Source of the DNA: Octopus sinensis
Lineage: Eukaryota
Reading direction: 5' to 3'
Length of the DNA: 64,000 nt
Assembly: GCF_006345805.1 (NCBI RefSeq)
Contig: NC_043000.1
Coordinates: 135,966,001 to 136,030,000, forward strand
The notes beneath the pieces are model-generated. The model was not told the origin of the DNA, made no database searches, and was given only the letters and a program-made list of their open reading frames with translations. Made by a program: the position numbers and the translations under genes. Below, piece after piece: positions 52,510 through 64,000 of the stretch; position 1 is the first letter of the stretch, and the number at the start of each line of letters is the position of its first letter.

Positions 52510-52890
52510 TATTATTTATTATTATTATATTATTATTATTATTATATTATTATTATATTATTATTATTATTATTATTGAGTGAGAGAGCAGTGCAATGCC
52601 ATCAAAGTGACACTGGGGTAAAATATACGAAGCCCAGTATACCCATCATGACTACCTGTCTGATAAGAGTACACCAGGCACATGCATCACAACCATATGT
52701 GTGTGACACTGATCTCATATCAAGTTAAACAGTGCATGACCTATCAGGTGGAGCCTAGTTAGAATTTTCCTCAGATTGAGTAGCCCATCCTGCTCAATAG
52801 GTCCTTGAATAAAGGTTGTTAAAGGATGTTGAACAAAACACCCACATTTCCAAAGATGAATTATCCAAACTCAAAAGAATTCCTCTCATT
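52510..52890 (-). mobile_element. Retroposon 3' end with (TAA)n tail, family unassigned
   Basis: Unique ~310-bp sequence abutting a long (TAT)n tract via CTCTCTCACTC(AAT)n. Confidence 0.4.
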
Positions 52891-53801
52891 CAATTCATGC
52901 TAAAATGAGAAAATGGATATAAATCGAATGCACAAAATAATTCTCTTTCCTGAGTTTGGTGAGTTGTACTTACCAACAGCACATGCTTCCAAACTTAACT
53001 AATGAGAATTTTGGGTTTTGGCCATAAACGTAGCCCTGTAGTCATGATAGAATATGAACCATTTACCTTTTGGTCAGTAGTTTATTTACTCAATCAGCTG
53101 TGACATAAACTATACAATCAATAAAGCATCTTTAATCTGCTTGCTTTATTTGCCTGTCTTAAAAGTATGTCTATGTAACAGAATGTTCAGACTGCTGAGC
53201 TGTGGTAACCAATTGATCAAAGTATAAAACAGATAGAATAAATTAGTACATTGCACTCTACTCCCTGCGACAAAATCACTGTACGACTTACCAACTACCT
53301 GCCACCACCATCCAATGCAATTTAAACAACTTGAACACTTTCAGATTGGTAAACTACTTTCTCCTTTCCTCCATTATCTCGAGCCATGCCATCTTCCAAC
53401 CCCTCCCCCAGTATAATAGAAGCTAAGGGAAAATCAAATCAATAAAGAATAGTATCATATACCAATTTACTTTAAGCCATTAAACTGTCTTACTACTCTT
53501 ACCAAGCTTTCCTTTATTCACTTCTCTCAAACAAAATTAATCCCATCATCTAATTTATGATGAATCAATCTTAATTAGCTGAAAGGTTTTGCTTTATATG
53601 CTGTTCATTTCCAATTAAGAATCTTTCATTTCATTCTCCATGTAGTTTGGGGATTTTCATACTGATTATTACAAGGCCGAAATCATTACAAGAGGCAAAT
53701 TCAGATGTTTTTATATACATACATGAGAACCTCTATAATAATTACACACACACGTATTTTTTATGATGTGTATATAATATATTATTATATATATATATAT
53801 A

Positions 53802-53835
<34 letters not shown>

Positions 53836-54462
53836 ATACACACACACATAAGCACACATACACATATATATACATGCATATATATGCACATATTTGTACA
53901 TACTTATACAAACAGATACATATAAAGATACATACATATATACATGTATATATATATAAATATATATATCCAGACACATACACATGCATAATGCATATAT
54001 GTGTATTGTTTGTATGTGTGTGTGTGTATATATAATTATATATATGTATGTATGTATTTATGTATGTATGTATGTATGTATGTATGTATGTATGTATGCA
54101 TGTATATTCATTTCAGTTGATAAACAAAAACAAATGCTATTCAGTACAGAAGCAGAACGTAAATATTTATTCTAGTGATGAACACACTCACTCTAACTAA
54201 CGTGAGTTTTGTATCTGTCACGTATCTCATATCATATTGTGTTCTGTGATATTCACAAAACTGAGAGTAGTAACAGTGAGTAATCTCATTCCTACTGTAT
54301 GTATATGTGTATGTGTGTGTGTGTGTGAGTGTGTGCGTGCGTGTGTGTCTGTGTGTGTGTGTGTGTGTGTATGTATGTGTATGCATATATACTTAAGCTC
54401 GCATGCACATAATGTGCATAGTTGGGTAATGATCTGGTGAAGAAGTACTCAATATGAACATA

Positions 54463-54625
54463 GGCGCAGGAGTGGCTGTGTGGTAAATAGCTTGCTTACC
54501 AACCACATGGCTCTGGGTTCATTCCCATTGCGTGGAACCTTGGGCAAGTGTCTTCTACTATAGCCTCAGGCTGACCAAAGCCTTGTGAGTGGATTTGGCA
54601 GATGGAAACTGAAAGAAGCCTGTCG

Positions 54626-54662
<37 letters not shown>

Positions 54663-54885
54663 ATATGTTTGTGTGTTTGTGTTTGTCCCCCAACATCACT
54701 TGACAACCAATGTTGGTGTGTTTACTTCCCCGTAACTTAGCGGTTCGGCAGAAGAGACTGATAGAATAAGTACTAGGCTTCCAAAGAATAAGTCCTGGGG
54801 TCGATTTGCTCAACTAAAGGCGGTGCTACAGCATGGCCACAGTGAAATGACTGAAATAAGTAAAAGAGTAAAAGAGTAAAGAGTA
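54463..54885 (+). mobile_element. SINE family A, full length
   Basis: Homology to 1176-1585. Confidence 0.92.
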
Positions 54886-55349
54886 TAGTGTGCAGTAGTT
54901 TATGTTATCTAGTCCAGAGAGTGATAAGTCACTGGACTGGCATATGTACATGCACACACACACACTCTCTCTCTCTCACACACACACATGTATAGATATA
55001 TATGTATATATATATAAGGGTGTCCACTTGTGACTGAGAAAGACCATCACTGACCAATGACTCATGCAAAATGCCAGTAATGCCCATGCATCAGGTTATT
55101 GCACTAGAAACCAGCTTCATCTGGATTTGTATCTGTGGCTTCCATAGTTGTTGCTGTGCTCCACCACTCAACCTGGCATCAGACAGTTGCATCATAGACA
55201 ATTGAACAACCTGAAATTTTAGTTTCAACAGAGCTTGTACAACACCACACAGACCCTTTTCACCCTGCTAACATGATTCAGAGACAAGCCATGGCAAAAT
55301 ATTCAGTGCCAATATGTGTACATACATATATATATATATGTACGTAAAA

Positions 55350-55885
55350 TTCTTCTAGCATGTAAAATTACCTGTTAAAGGGTAGTTTTTTCTTGTGTTT
55401 AAATGTACACTATTTTATATTGAGAATATGCTGTCTATTGACTTTTTATACATGCTAGGCCACTGGTGGTGAAATTTCTAAAAATATTTGCCACCCTATA
55501 TAATTTTACGAATATGATTTTAGCATTTCAAAGATTGGTTCAGCATTTTCCACCTACTACCGACTGAAAGTGTGCTTGCGCGGTGAATTTTGAAAAATTA
55601 TAACATATAATGATGAGATACGTGTTATTTATCTCTAAATTGTATGTTAATTGTTAAGGCATGGTTACTGATGAGGATTCGCCTAACAAATTATTTTATT
55701 TGCTAAAGAAATCTGAAACCTAGGTATAACCGAAAAAAAAAATAACAAGGTAAAATTTTTTATTTTTCATTCCTTTCGAAAATTGGTCTTAAAAGTGGTT
55801 TTGATGATTTAACTGCTTCTTCTAGCATGTAAAAATTACCTGTTAAAGGTAGTTTTCTCTTGTGTTTAAATGTACTCTATTATAT
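55350..55885 (+). mobile_element. Terminally redundant ~467-bp HHR-bearing element (retrozyme or Penelope pLTR-like)
   Basis: ~68-bp direct repeats at 55350-55420 and 55817-55885, (TA)n flanks, internal intact HHR. Confidence 0.7.
55662..55732 (+). ncRNA. Type I hammerhead ribozyme (intact)
   Basis: tggtta-CTGATGA-ggatt...aatct-GAAA-C CTAG G-TA/taaccg. 6-bp stem I, extended stem II, ACCTAGGT palindromic stem III; predicted GUA cleavage after 55726. Confidence 0.85.
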
Positions 55886-55887
55886 AT

Positions 55888-56030
55888 ATAAAGTTAATCC
55901 AAACAAGAAAGCACAAAAAAAACACAACAACGCGAGGATGTGGAACAAATATAGTATTATTGGACGCTCAGAAAAGAAGGAAAGAAGGAGGGTTTAACAT
56001 TTCGAGCGGAGCTCTTCATCGGAAACATAT
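55888..56030 (-). mobile_element. Family P repeat, partial, with HHR-like motif (55992-56026)
   Basis: gttt-CCGATGAA-gagc tcc gctc-GAAA-tgt-t/aaac. Confidence 0.78.
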
Positions 56031-56042
56031 ATATATATATAT

Positions 56043-56879
56043 ATGAGACGTTTGCGCTGGTATGGTCATGTGGCGAGAATGGATGAAGATAGTTGTGTGA
56101 AAAAGTGCCACACCCTAGCGGTTGAGGGAACCTGTGGAAGAGGCAGACCCAGGAAAACCTGGGACGAGGTGGTGAAGCACGACCTTCGAACTTTAGGTCT
56201 CACTGAGGAAATGACTAGAGACCGAGACCTCTGGAAGTGCTGTGCGCGAGAAGACCCGGCAAACAAGTGAGTCCACAACCCGTGGCCTTCTACATGGGAT
56301 GGAGCCAGCCTACGTATGCATACCTTCCCTTCTTGGGACACAAAACTCTACTTGTGAAGACGTGTTGAGGCAAGTGAGGATCAGAATCGAAATCGATCAA
56401 TGGAAATTGCGGATGTGCTACCAGTGCCGGTGGCATGTCGAAACTCTGCTTGTGAAGACCCATTGAGGCAAGTGAGGATCAGAATCGAAATCGATCAATG
56501 GAAATCGATCAATGGAAATTGCAGATGTGTTACCAGTGCCGGTGGCATGTAAGAGAACTTTCCGTTTCGCGACCGTTGCCAGCACCGCCCCGTTTCGTGT
56601 CCGTTGCCAGCCTCGCCTGGCCCTCGTGCCGGTGGCACATAAAAGCACCATCCGTGTGGCCGTTTGCCAGCTCTGTCTGCACCAGTGCGGGTGGCACGTA
56701 AAAAGCACCCACTACACCACGGAGTGGTTGGCGTTAGGAAGGCATCCAGCCGTAAAACACTGCCAGATTTGACTGGGCCTGATAAGCCTTCTGGCTTCAC
56801 AGACCCCACGTTCAAACCTGTAAAACACTGATAAAGAGTACGTAATGAATGAAATATGAGGATGATGATGATGATGATG

Positions 56880-56882
<3 letters not shown>
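56043..56882 (+). mobile_element. 5'-truncated RTE-clade LINE: ORF2 C-terminus, repeat-containing 3'UTR, (GAT)n tail
   Basis: RRLRWYGHVARMDEDSCVKKC...GRGRPRKTWDEVVKHDL...RDRDLWK is the hallmark RTE ORF2 end. Confidence 0.9.
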
Positions 56883-56949
<67 letters not shown>

Positions 56950-56950
56950 C

Positions 56951-57715
56951 ATAATAAAGGTGGCTAGATGTAATATAAAACCAAAAAGGAGAAATTCGAT
57001 TGTCAGTAATAGTAACTGACGGTGTCAGGTAGTATATATTGCTAAAAACAGGAGTCAAAGACCCTTATAGCTACAAACATAGCAGAAGTCTGTGTACTGA
57101 CAGGGGAATTAACAGCCCACAGTGAACAAGGGTACTTTATTGGCAAGCCAATTTCACTTGAGATTAAAGTCATCAGTAGTAGTACTACTCCATTGCTGAT
57201 AATTAAGCCAAATCCTATATCTCTCAGTCTCTAGAGTTTACCATAAGAATCGATGATGATTCAGTAAAATGGTAATATGAAATTATATAAATAATGAAGG
57301 TGGGTAGATGCAGTATAAAACCAAAAAGGAGAAATTCGATGTCAGTAATAGTAACTGACGGTGTCAGGTAGTATCTATATTGCTAAAAACAGGAGTCAAA
57401 GACCCTTATAGCTACATACATAGCAGAAGTCTGTGTACTGACAGGGGAATTAACCAGCCTACAGTGAACAAGGGTACTTTATTGGCAAGCCAATTTCACT
57501 TGAGATTAAAGTTCATCAGTAGTACTACTCCATTGCTGATAATTAAGCCAAATCCTATCTCTCAGTCTCTAGAGTTTACCATAAGAATCGATGGATGATT
57601 CAGTAAAATGGTAATATGAAAATTATAAAATAATGAAGGTGGGTAGATGCAGTATAAAACCAAAAAGGAAAAATTCAATTGTTTCTAATAGTAAGTGAGG
57701 ATGTCAGGTAGCACC
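56951..57715. repeat. ~340-bp tandem duplication (about 2.2 copies)
   Basis: Units start at about 56951, 57291 and 57630. Confidence 0.9.
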
Positions 57716-58110
57716 TATCATCATCATCATCATCATCATCGTTTAACATCCGTTTTCCGTGCTTGCATGGGTTGGACGGTTCGACCGGGATCTGGGAAGC
57801 CAGGGGCTGCACCAGGCTCCAGTCTGATCTGGCAGAGTTTCTACAGCTGGATGCCCTTCCTAATGCCAACCACTCCGCGAGTGTAGTGGGTGCTTTTTAT
57901 GTGCCACCTGCACAGGTGCCAGCGGTGTCCGGCATCGACCACGATCGGTTGGAGCTTTTAACGTGCCACCGGCACAGAAGCCTGCCTAGGCGGCGCTGGC
58001 AACGGCCACGTTCGGATGGTGCTTTTTATGTGCCACTGGCACTGGAGCCAGTCGAGGCAGCGCTGGCATCAGCCACGTTCGGACGGTGCTTTTTATGTGC
58101 CACCGGCACA
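57716..58110 (-). mobile_element. RTE LINE 3'UTR with about 4 diverged subrepeats
   Basis: (ATC)n start and GCTTTT...GTGCCACCGGCAC subrepeats. Confidence 0.85.
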
Positions 58111-58375
58111 TAAAACAAAAAGGATTAAGGATTTGGAATCTGGGCAGTCAACTTATTAACACTCTGATATAATCCAGATCTGGCTAACCACATTGAATAA
58201 CAGGAACATACAGAATCCTTTATGATAAACAGTTAAATAGTACTTTACTCAACAGGTAGATCTGAATTTGCTTCATAGGGTTTCATACAGGATACAGAGT
58301 ATATGATCAAGGCATCATAAAGAAGAATGGAGAATTTCACATCTTCAAAATGTATTTATTCATTGAAAACATAAG

Positions 58376-58795
58376 CACAGGAGCAGCTGTGTGGTAAGTA
58401 GCTTGCTTACCAACCACATGGTTGTGGGTTCATTCCTACTGCGTGGCACCTTGGGCAGGTGTTTTCTACTATACCCTCGGGCCGACCAAAGCCTTTTGAG
58501 TGGAGTTGGTAGACGGAAACTGAAAGAAGCCTGTCGTATATATGTATACATGTATGTGTGTGTATATGTTTGTGTGTCTATGTTTGTCCCCCCCCCCCCC
58601 GTCCCAACATTGATTGACCACCGATGCTGGTGTGTTTACGTCCCCGTAACTTACCGATTCGGCAAAAGAGACCGATAGACTAAGTACTAGGCTTCCAAAG
58701 AATAAGTCCTGGGATCAATTTACTTGACTAAAGGTGGTACTCCAGCATGGCCACAGTCAAATGACTGAAACAAGTAAAAGAGTAAAAGAGTAAAG
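58376..58795 (+). mobile_element. SINE family A, full length
   Basis: Homology to 1176-1585. Confidence 0.9.
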
Positions 58796-59211
58796 CATAA
58801 TTTTATCAACTTGCAGCCCGATGCTCACATGCACGCATGCATGCATGCACAAACGCACACACATACACTCAGAGGTTTGACATAGTTCAAACATCCATGA
58901 CATGAGGCTTTGTGTGTCCTTTGCTACATTGTGTGACATGCTATATTGTTGCTGGTAATTTGTATAAAGGGAAAAATTTATGCATTTGTAGCTTTAACAA
59001 CTTTTGTTCTAATTTATAGCAGGACACTGATGAGATGAATTTGATGATTGAATAATGTTTCTACGACTGTTACGTAATTATTTCGACATTTTGTTGAAAT
59101 GCATGTCATAGAAAACATTGAATACCATATCTGTTTTCTGCTTATTCTTATTTCTATTGTTTGGCTCATATTTCTCCACACACAAGCCGATCCCAAGGTT
59201 GACCTGCATCT

Positions 59212-60334
59212 TATTTTTTTACTACCCACAAGGGGCTAAACACAGAGGGGACAAACAAGGACAGATAAATCGATTAAGTTGATTATATTGACTCGAGTGC
59301 ATAACTGGTACTTATTTAATCGACCCCGAAAGGACGAAAGGCAAAGTTGATGTAAAGACAGACGAAATACCTATTTCTTTATTACCCACAAGGGGCTAAA
59401 CACAGAGGGGACAAACAAGGACAGACAAACGGATTAAGTTGATTATATCGACCCCAGTGCGTAACTGGTATTTATTTAATCGACCCCGAAAGGATGAAAG
59501 GCAAAGTCGACCTCGGCAGAATTTGAACCCAGAATATAACAGCAGATGAAATGCCTATTTCTTTACTACCCAAAAGGGGCTAAACACAGAGGGGACAAAC
59601 AAGGACAGACAAACGGATTAAGTTGATTATATCGACCCCAGTGCGTAACTGGTATTTATTTAATCGACCCCGAAAGGATGAAAGGCAAAGTCGACCTCGG
59701 CAGAATTTGAACCCAGAATATAACAGCAGATGAAATGCCTATTTCTTTACTACCCAAAAGGGGCTAAACACAGAGGGGACAAACAAGGACAGACAAACGG
59801 ATTAAGTTGATTATATCGACCCCAGTGCGTAACTGGTATTTATTTAATCGACCCCGAAAGGATGAAAGGCAAAGTCGACCTCGGCAGAATTTGAACCCAG
59901 AATATAACAGCAGATGAAATGCCTATTTCTTTACTACCCAAAAGGGGCTAAACACAGAGGGGACAAACAAGGACAGACAAACGGATTAAGTTGATTATAT
60001 CGACCCCAGTGCGTAACTGGTATTTATTTAATCGACCCCGAAAGGATGAAAGGCAAAGTCGACCTCGGCAGAATTTGAACCCAGAACATAACAGCAGATG
60101 AAATACCTATTTCTTTAATACCCACTAGGGGCTAAAAACAGAGGGACAAACAAGGACAGACAAACGGATTAAGTCGATTATATCGACCCCAGTGCGTAAC
60201 TCGTACTTAATTAATCGACCCTGAAAGGATGAAAGGCAAAGTCGACCTCGGCAGAATTTGAACTCAGAACATAGTGGCAGACGAAATACTGCTCAGCATT
60301 TCGCCCAGCATGCTAACGATTCTGCCAGCTCGCC
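59212..60334 (-). repeat. SINE family C tandem array: one head plus six 3' modules, 184-bp period
   Basis: AGGGGCTAAA at 59231, 59391, 59575, 59759, 59943 and 60127; complete head only at 60250-60334. Confidence 0.93.
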
Positions 60335-60459
60335 AGTGTAGTAAGATATAGGTTAACCTGCATCTTACTACACTGAATACTGAAGTGGCATGTGGAACCT
60401 ACTATTGAGTTCGATCTTTGGTTGTGTTGCACTTTACAATGCTGTAATATAAATACAAA

Positions 60460-60712
60460 TCTCTGTATATATATAAAGCTGAAGTTGTCTGTGTGTGTGG
60501 CAGGTTTGGTAGCCTTCAACTAACAGTATCTACTCCGAGACCCTGTGGCGCAAGTTGACCAAAATTGAGAGTATGATAGAAAGCTTGCTATTCCTTCCGT
60601 AGAAGAAAAAATTCAGATCGGACCATGTTAAGACCAAAAATTCTTTACATCAAAAAGGTGCTTTTTTTCTATGAAAATCCCTATTTTTAATGAATTTTTG
60701 ACTGCTGTGTAT
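60460..60712 (+). mobile_element. Non-autonomous Helitron, 5' part
   Basis: Reverse-complement homology to 18879-19197. Confidence 0.7.
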
Positions 60713-60807
60713 ATTTTCTTAATGAATAGTGTTGCAGTGTTAACTTCTTTTTCAGTGCAGTTCGAAATTTGAGCTTCATTTTGCTTTAAATCTATGGGTA
60801 ATTTTTG

Positions 60808-60948
60808 CCCTTCCTAACGCCAACCACTCTGAGAGTGGAGTGGATGCTTTTTACATGCCACTGGCAATGAGGTGGCACTGACATCGACCATGCTCAAATG
60901 GTGTTTTTTCACGTGCCACCAGCACAAGTGCCAGTAAGGCGATGCTGA
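60808..60948 (-). mobile_element. RTE 3'UTR fragment
   Basis: Homologous to 46170-46300. Confidence 0.7.
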
Positions 60949-61219
60949 AGTGAGTTTGGTTTACTGGAAACTATGTAGGATCTGGACTGTATCTGTAATT
61001 GAAAGGTCTTCTCACAGTGATTGTACTTGAGAATTACATTAAGGGTACTTTGGAATATTCAGCCAGATCATCCAGTTGATTGATCAACTGCATGTTCATC
61101 GATGAAAATTAATGAAAGAATCCATCATGAATATGTGTGTGTGTGGTGTAAACATATATATTCTTCTTTTGCTTTCGTGCATATATTTATGTTATTTAGC
61201 TATGCACAGAACATTAACA

Positions 61220-61240
61220 CACATATACATACACACACAC

Positions 61241-61274
<34 letters not shown>

Positions 61275-61317
61275 ATATACACATATATATACACACATAT
61301 ATATATATATATATATA

Positions 61318-61353
<36 letters not shown>

Positions 61354-61388
61354 TATACATATATATATATATTAGATATATATATAGA

Positions 61389-61430
<42 letters not shown>

Positions 61431-61456
61431 ATATATATAATATTATATATATATAT

Positions 61457-61495
<39 letters not shown>
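61220..61495. repeat. (TA)n/(CA)n microsatellite
   Basis: Seen directly in sequence. Confidence 0.95.
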
Positions 61496-62265
61496 TGTGT
61501 GGTGTGTATTTATGTTGAATGTATGGATGAATTATTTGGGGATATAGCTGTTGCGAAGTGAATTCACATCCATTGCTCAAATTTCATTTGTATCTTTTAT
61601 GCTGGTATATTTTATTTGAAATGTTTCAGTTCCCTAGCTACAGGGAATTGGTAATAGATCAGCTGAGTTATTTTATCTACAACAGACTGTTGGATTTATG
61701 TTTGATGAAATATTAATTTATATGTGCAGTTTCTGTTAGGCAGATTGTAATATCTCTTTGATTTTGCTTCTCTTCTGCTGCAACAAAAATCCCAGATCAT
61801 CAGAACTTGGCTACTTATATTTACCTCTCTGTAACTTCATCACTCATGTTATCTCTCTCTTTCTTTCTCTTTCTCCTTCTCTTTAAATCCCTCATCATGA
61901 ATTAGATACAATTCTTCATTCTAGTGACGTCTACAATGTGGAGTTCCTTCTAATGAAATTTTACTTGTGTAACAATAACCTATAACTTTTCAAGCTAGCA
62001 TTGCATTATCAAAATCACTCTTATTGACTTCCCATGTCTTTGATCAGACAAAACTACTCCAAGCAATAGATGGAACCCTTCTTCCTTTGATATAATACAA
62101 ACAAATATAATGAAGCATGACCCACATTTCACAAAACCATACTAGTTGATATTTATTGTAACTAAATAAAATAAATGTTGAATAGCAACTTTGTTCGAGG
62201 TTTATAAAGAGACAGGTGGAGCAAAGCTAATTAATGAAAGAGGTTTATACAGTGATAAGTGGAGT

Positions 62266-62808
62266 CATCATCATCATCATTTAACGTACGTTGTCCATGC
62301 TGGCATGGGTTGGATGGTTTGATTGGGCTGGCACACTGGAAGGCTGCGCCAGAGTCCAGTCTATGGCTTGTTGCCCTCCCTAATGCCAACCCCTCTGAGA
62401 GTCTAATGGGTGCTTTTACATGCCACTGGCATGGGTGACATTTGTGTGACACCGGTATCTTCCACGACTGTGATTTTGCTCGGCTTGATGGGTCTTCTCA
62501 AGCATGACATAATGCCAAAGGTCTTGGTCATTGCCTCCATGTGGCCCAACGCTGAATAGGAACTCAGCCACATTGCCTCAGCCTCCACGAAGCTCGTTCA
62601 AAAGGAACTCAGCTACTTTGCCTCCATGAGGACCAGGAGGTCAGTCCCGTTACTTCCATGAGGCCCAGGATCTCGGCCATTTTGCCTCCTTGAGACCCAT
62701 CACTCAAAAGGAACTCAACCACCTTGCCTCCATGAAGCCGAGTGCTTGAAAGGAACTCAGCCACTTTGCCTCTGTCAGGCCCAATGCTCAAAAGGTACTC
62801 AGGCTACT
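62266..62808 (-). mobile_element. RTE-type 3' end with a different ~40-bp subrepeat module
   Basis: Same (ATC)n/CCATGCTGGCATGGGTTGG terminus; repeats of AAAGGAACTCAGCCACTTTGCCTCC. Confidence 0.7.
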
Positions 62809-63539
62809 AAGTTAATTTAAGGATCATTTAACATGTTAATAATACAAGTTAAATAAATGAAGAGAAATGATGAACGTTTAAAAAGTGAGAGAATTTCTTA
62901 GCTTAGTGGCTGGACATTTTGTTTTGTGATATGATGGTGTCAAATAGCAGAAAAAAAAATAATAAATGAATGAAAAATACAAAGAAATACAAATGAAAAT
63001 TGCTCTTGCACTGAGATGGTATTCTGTTAAAATTATACATCCAGTATAGGTGCAATATCAACACAAAATGCCTATATTAATTTGAAATGATTTAATTTGT
63101 GTTAGGTGTGAATTTATCATTGTTTAACTCCAGATCAACTTTAATCAAGCAGATATATAACTAAAAGGCATTCCAGCCATTATCATGCCATTTGTTTTGT
63201 TTTTCCACGTAAAATATCTAATGGATTGAGCAACCATACAGAGAGCTCCTCTTGTGGCTCAAAGGTTGATATTGTAGCAGATTCAAAACTGAATCGCTTA
63301 ATAGCAGCATGGTGAGATCACTGTTAATTCAAGTGATTGGTTGATTAAGTGACCAATCAGCATGTAATTCAACTTACTAGAACTTTCTAATGAACCCTAT
63401 AAAAAAAAAAGGTAGCTTTTGGCAGCAACTTCAGAATATTGAGGCAACCACTTTTATGTTGCCATTCTCATTCCATTCGCCAACCATTGCAGATAAAAGG
63501 TCAAATTTTGCTGACACAAATATAATGTGATTATTTTTC

Positions 63540-64000
63540 CAGCTGTGAAGGTCAGTCATAGATTGATATGTACCAGCTAGTTTGTTATAACCCCAGGTTA
63601 TAAGGGGGCGAGCTGGCAGAAATGTTAGCGTGCCAGGCGAAATGTATAGCCGTATTTCGTCTGCTGTTATGTTCTGGGTTCAAATTCCGCCGAGGTTGAC
63701 TTTGCCTTTCATCCTTTCGGGGTCGATAAATTAAGTACCAGTTAGGTACTTGGGTCGATGTAATCGACTTAATCCGTTTGTCTGTCTTTGTTTGTCCCCT
63801 CAGCTGTGAAGGTCAGTCATAGATTGATATGTACCAGCTAGTTTGTTATAACCCCAGGTTATAAGGCGGCGAGCTGGCAGAAACGTTAGCAAGCTAGGCG
63901 AAATGCATAGCTGCATTTTGTCTGCCGTTATGTTCTAGGTTCAAATTCTGCCGAGGTCGACTTTGCCTTTCATCCTTTCGGGGTCGATAAATTAAGTACC
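63540..64000 (+). repeat. 261-bp tandem arrangement: 64-bp flank plus SINE C, twice
   Basis: Identical 66 nt at 63540-63605 and 63801-63866, each followed by a SINE C copy. Confidence 0.9.

Overview
AT-rich, microsatellite-dense eukaryotic non-coding DNA, most likely from an octopus. That assignment is inferred from the recognisable tRNA-derived SINE families and the repeat landscape. No host protein-coding gene can be supported, and nearly all ORFs in the track are microsatellite, minisatellite or antisense artefacts. The window is a mosaic of three tRNA-headed SINE groups and decayed Penelope-like elements (about 7 GIY-YIG/RT remnants). It also holds RTE, CR1-like, R4/Dong-like and Tx1-like LINE fragments, hAT and Tc1/mariner transposase relics, non-autonomous Helitrons and a piggyBac-type MITE. 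The most striking signal is a dispersed set of type I hammerhead ribozyme (HHR) motifs from several families, found by manual folding. One intact HHR lies in a ~467-bp terminally redundant, retrozyme-like element at 55.35-55.89 kb. Other HHRs occur as divergent pairs inside palindromes (25.6-25.8 kb, 27.7-28.0 kb, 42.2/43.5 kb), as U3-A8 core variants, and as an ultra-minimal CYGANGAA family. Also notable are a ~35-copy 66-bp minisatellite grown from an RTE 3'UTR, a 184-bp SINE tandem array, and SINEs that show all four body/tail module combinations. All folds and translations were done by eye and need computational and experimental confirmation.
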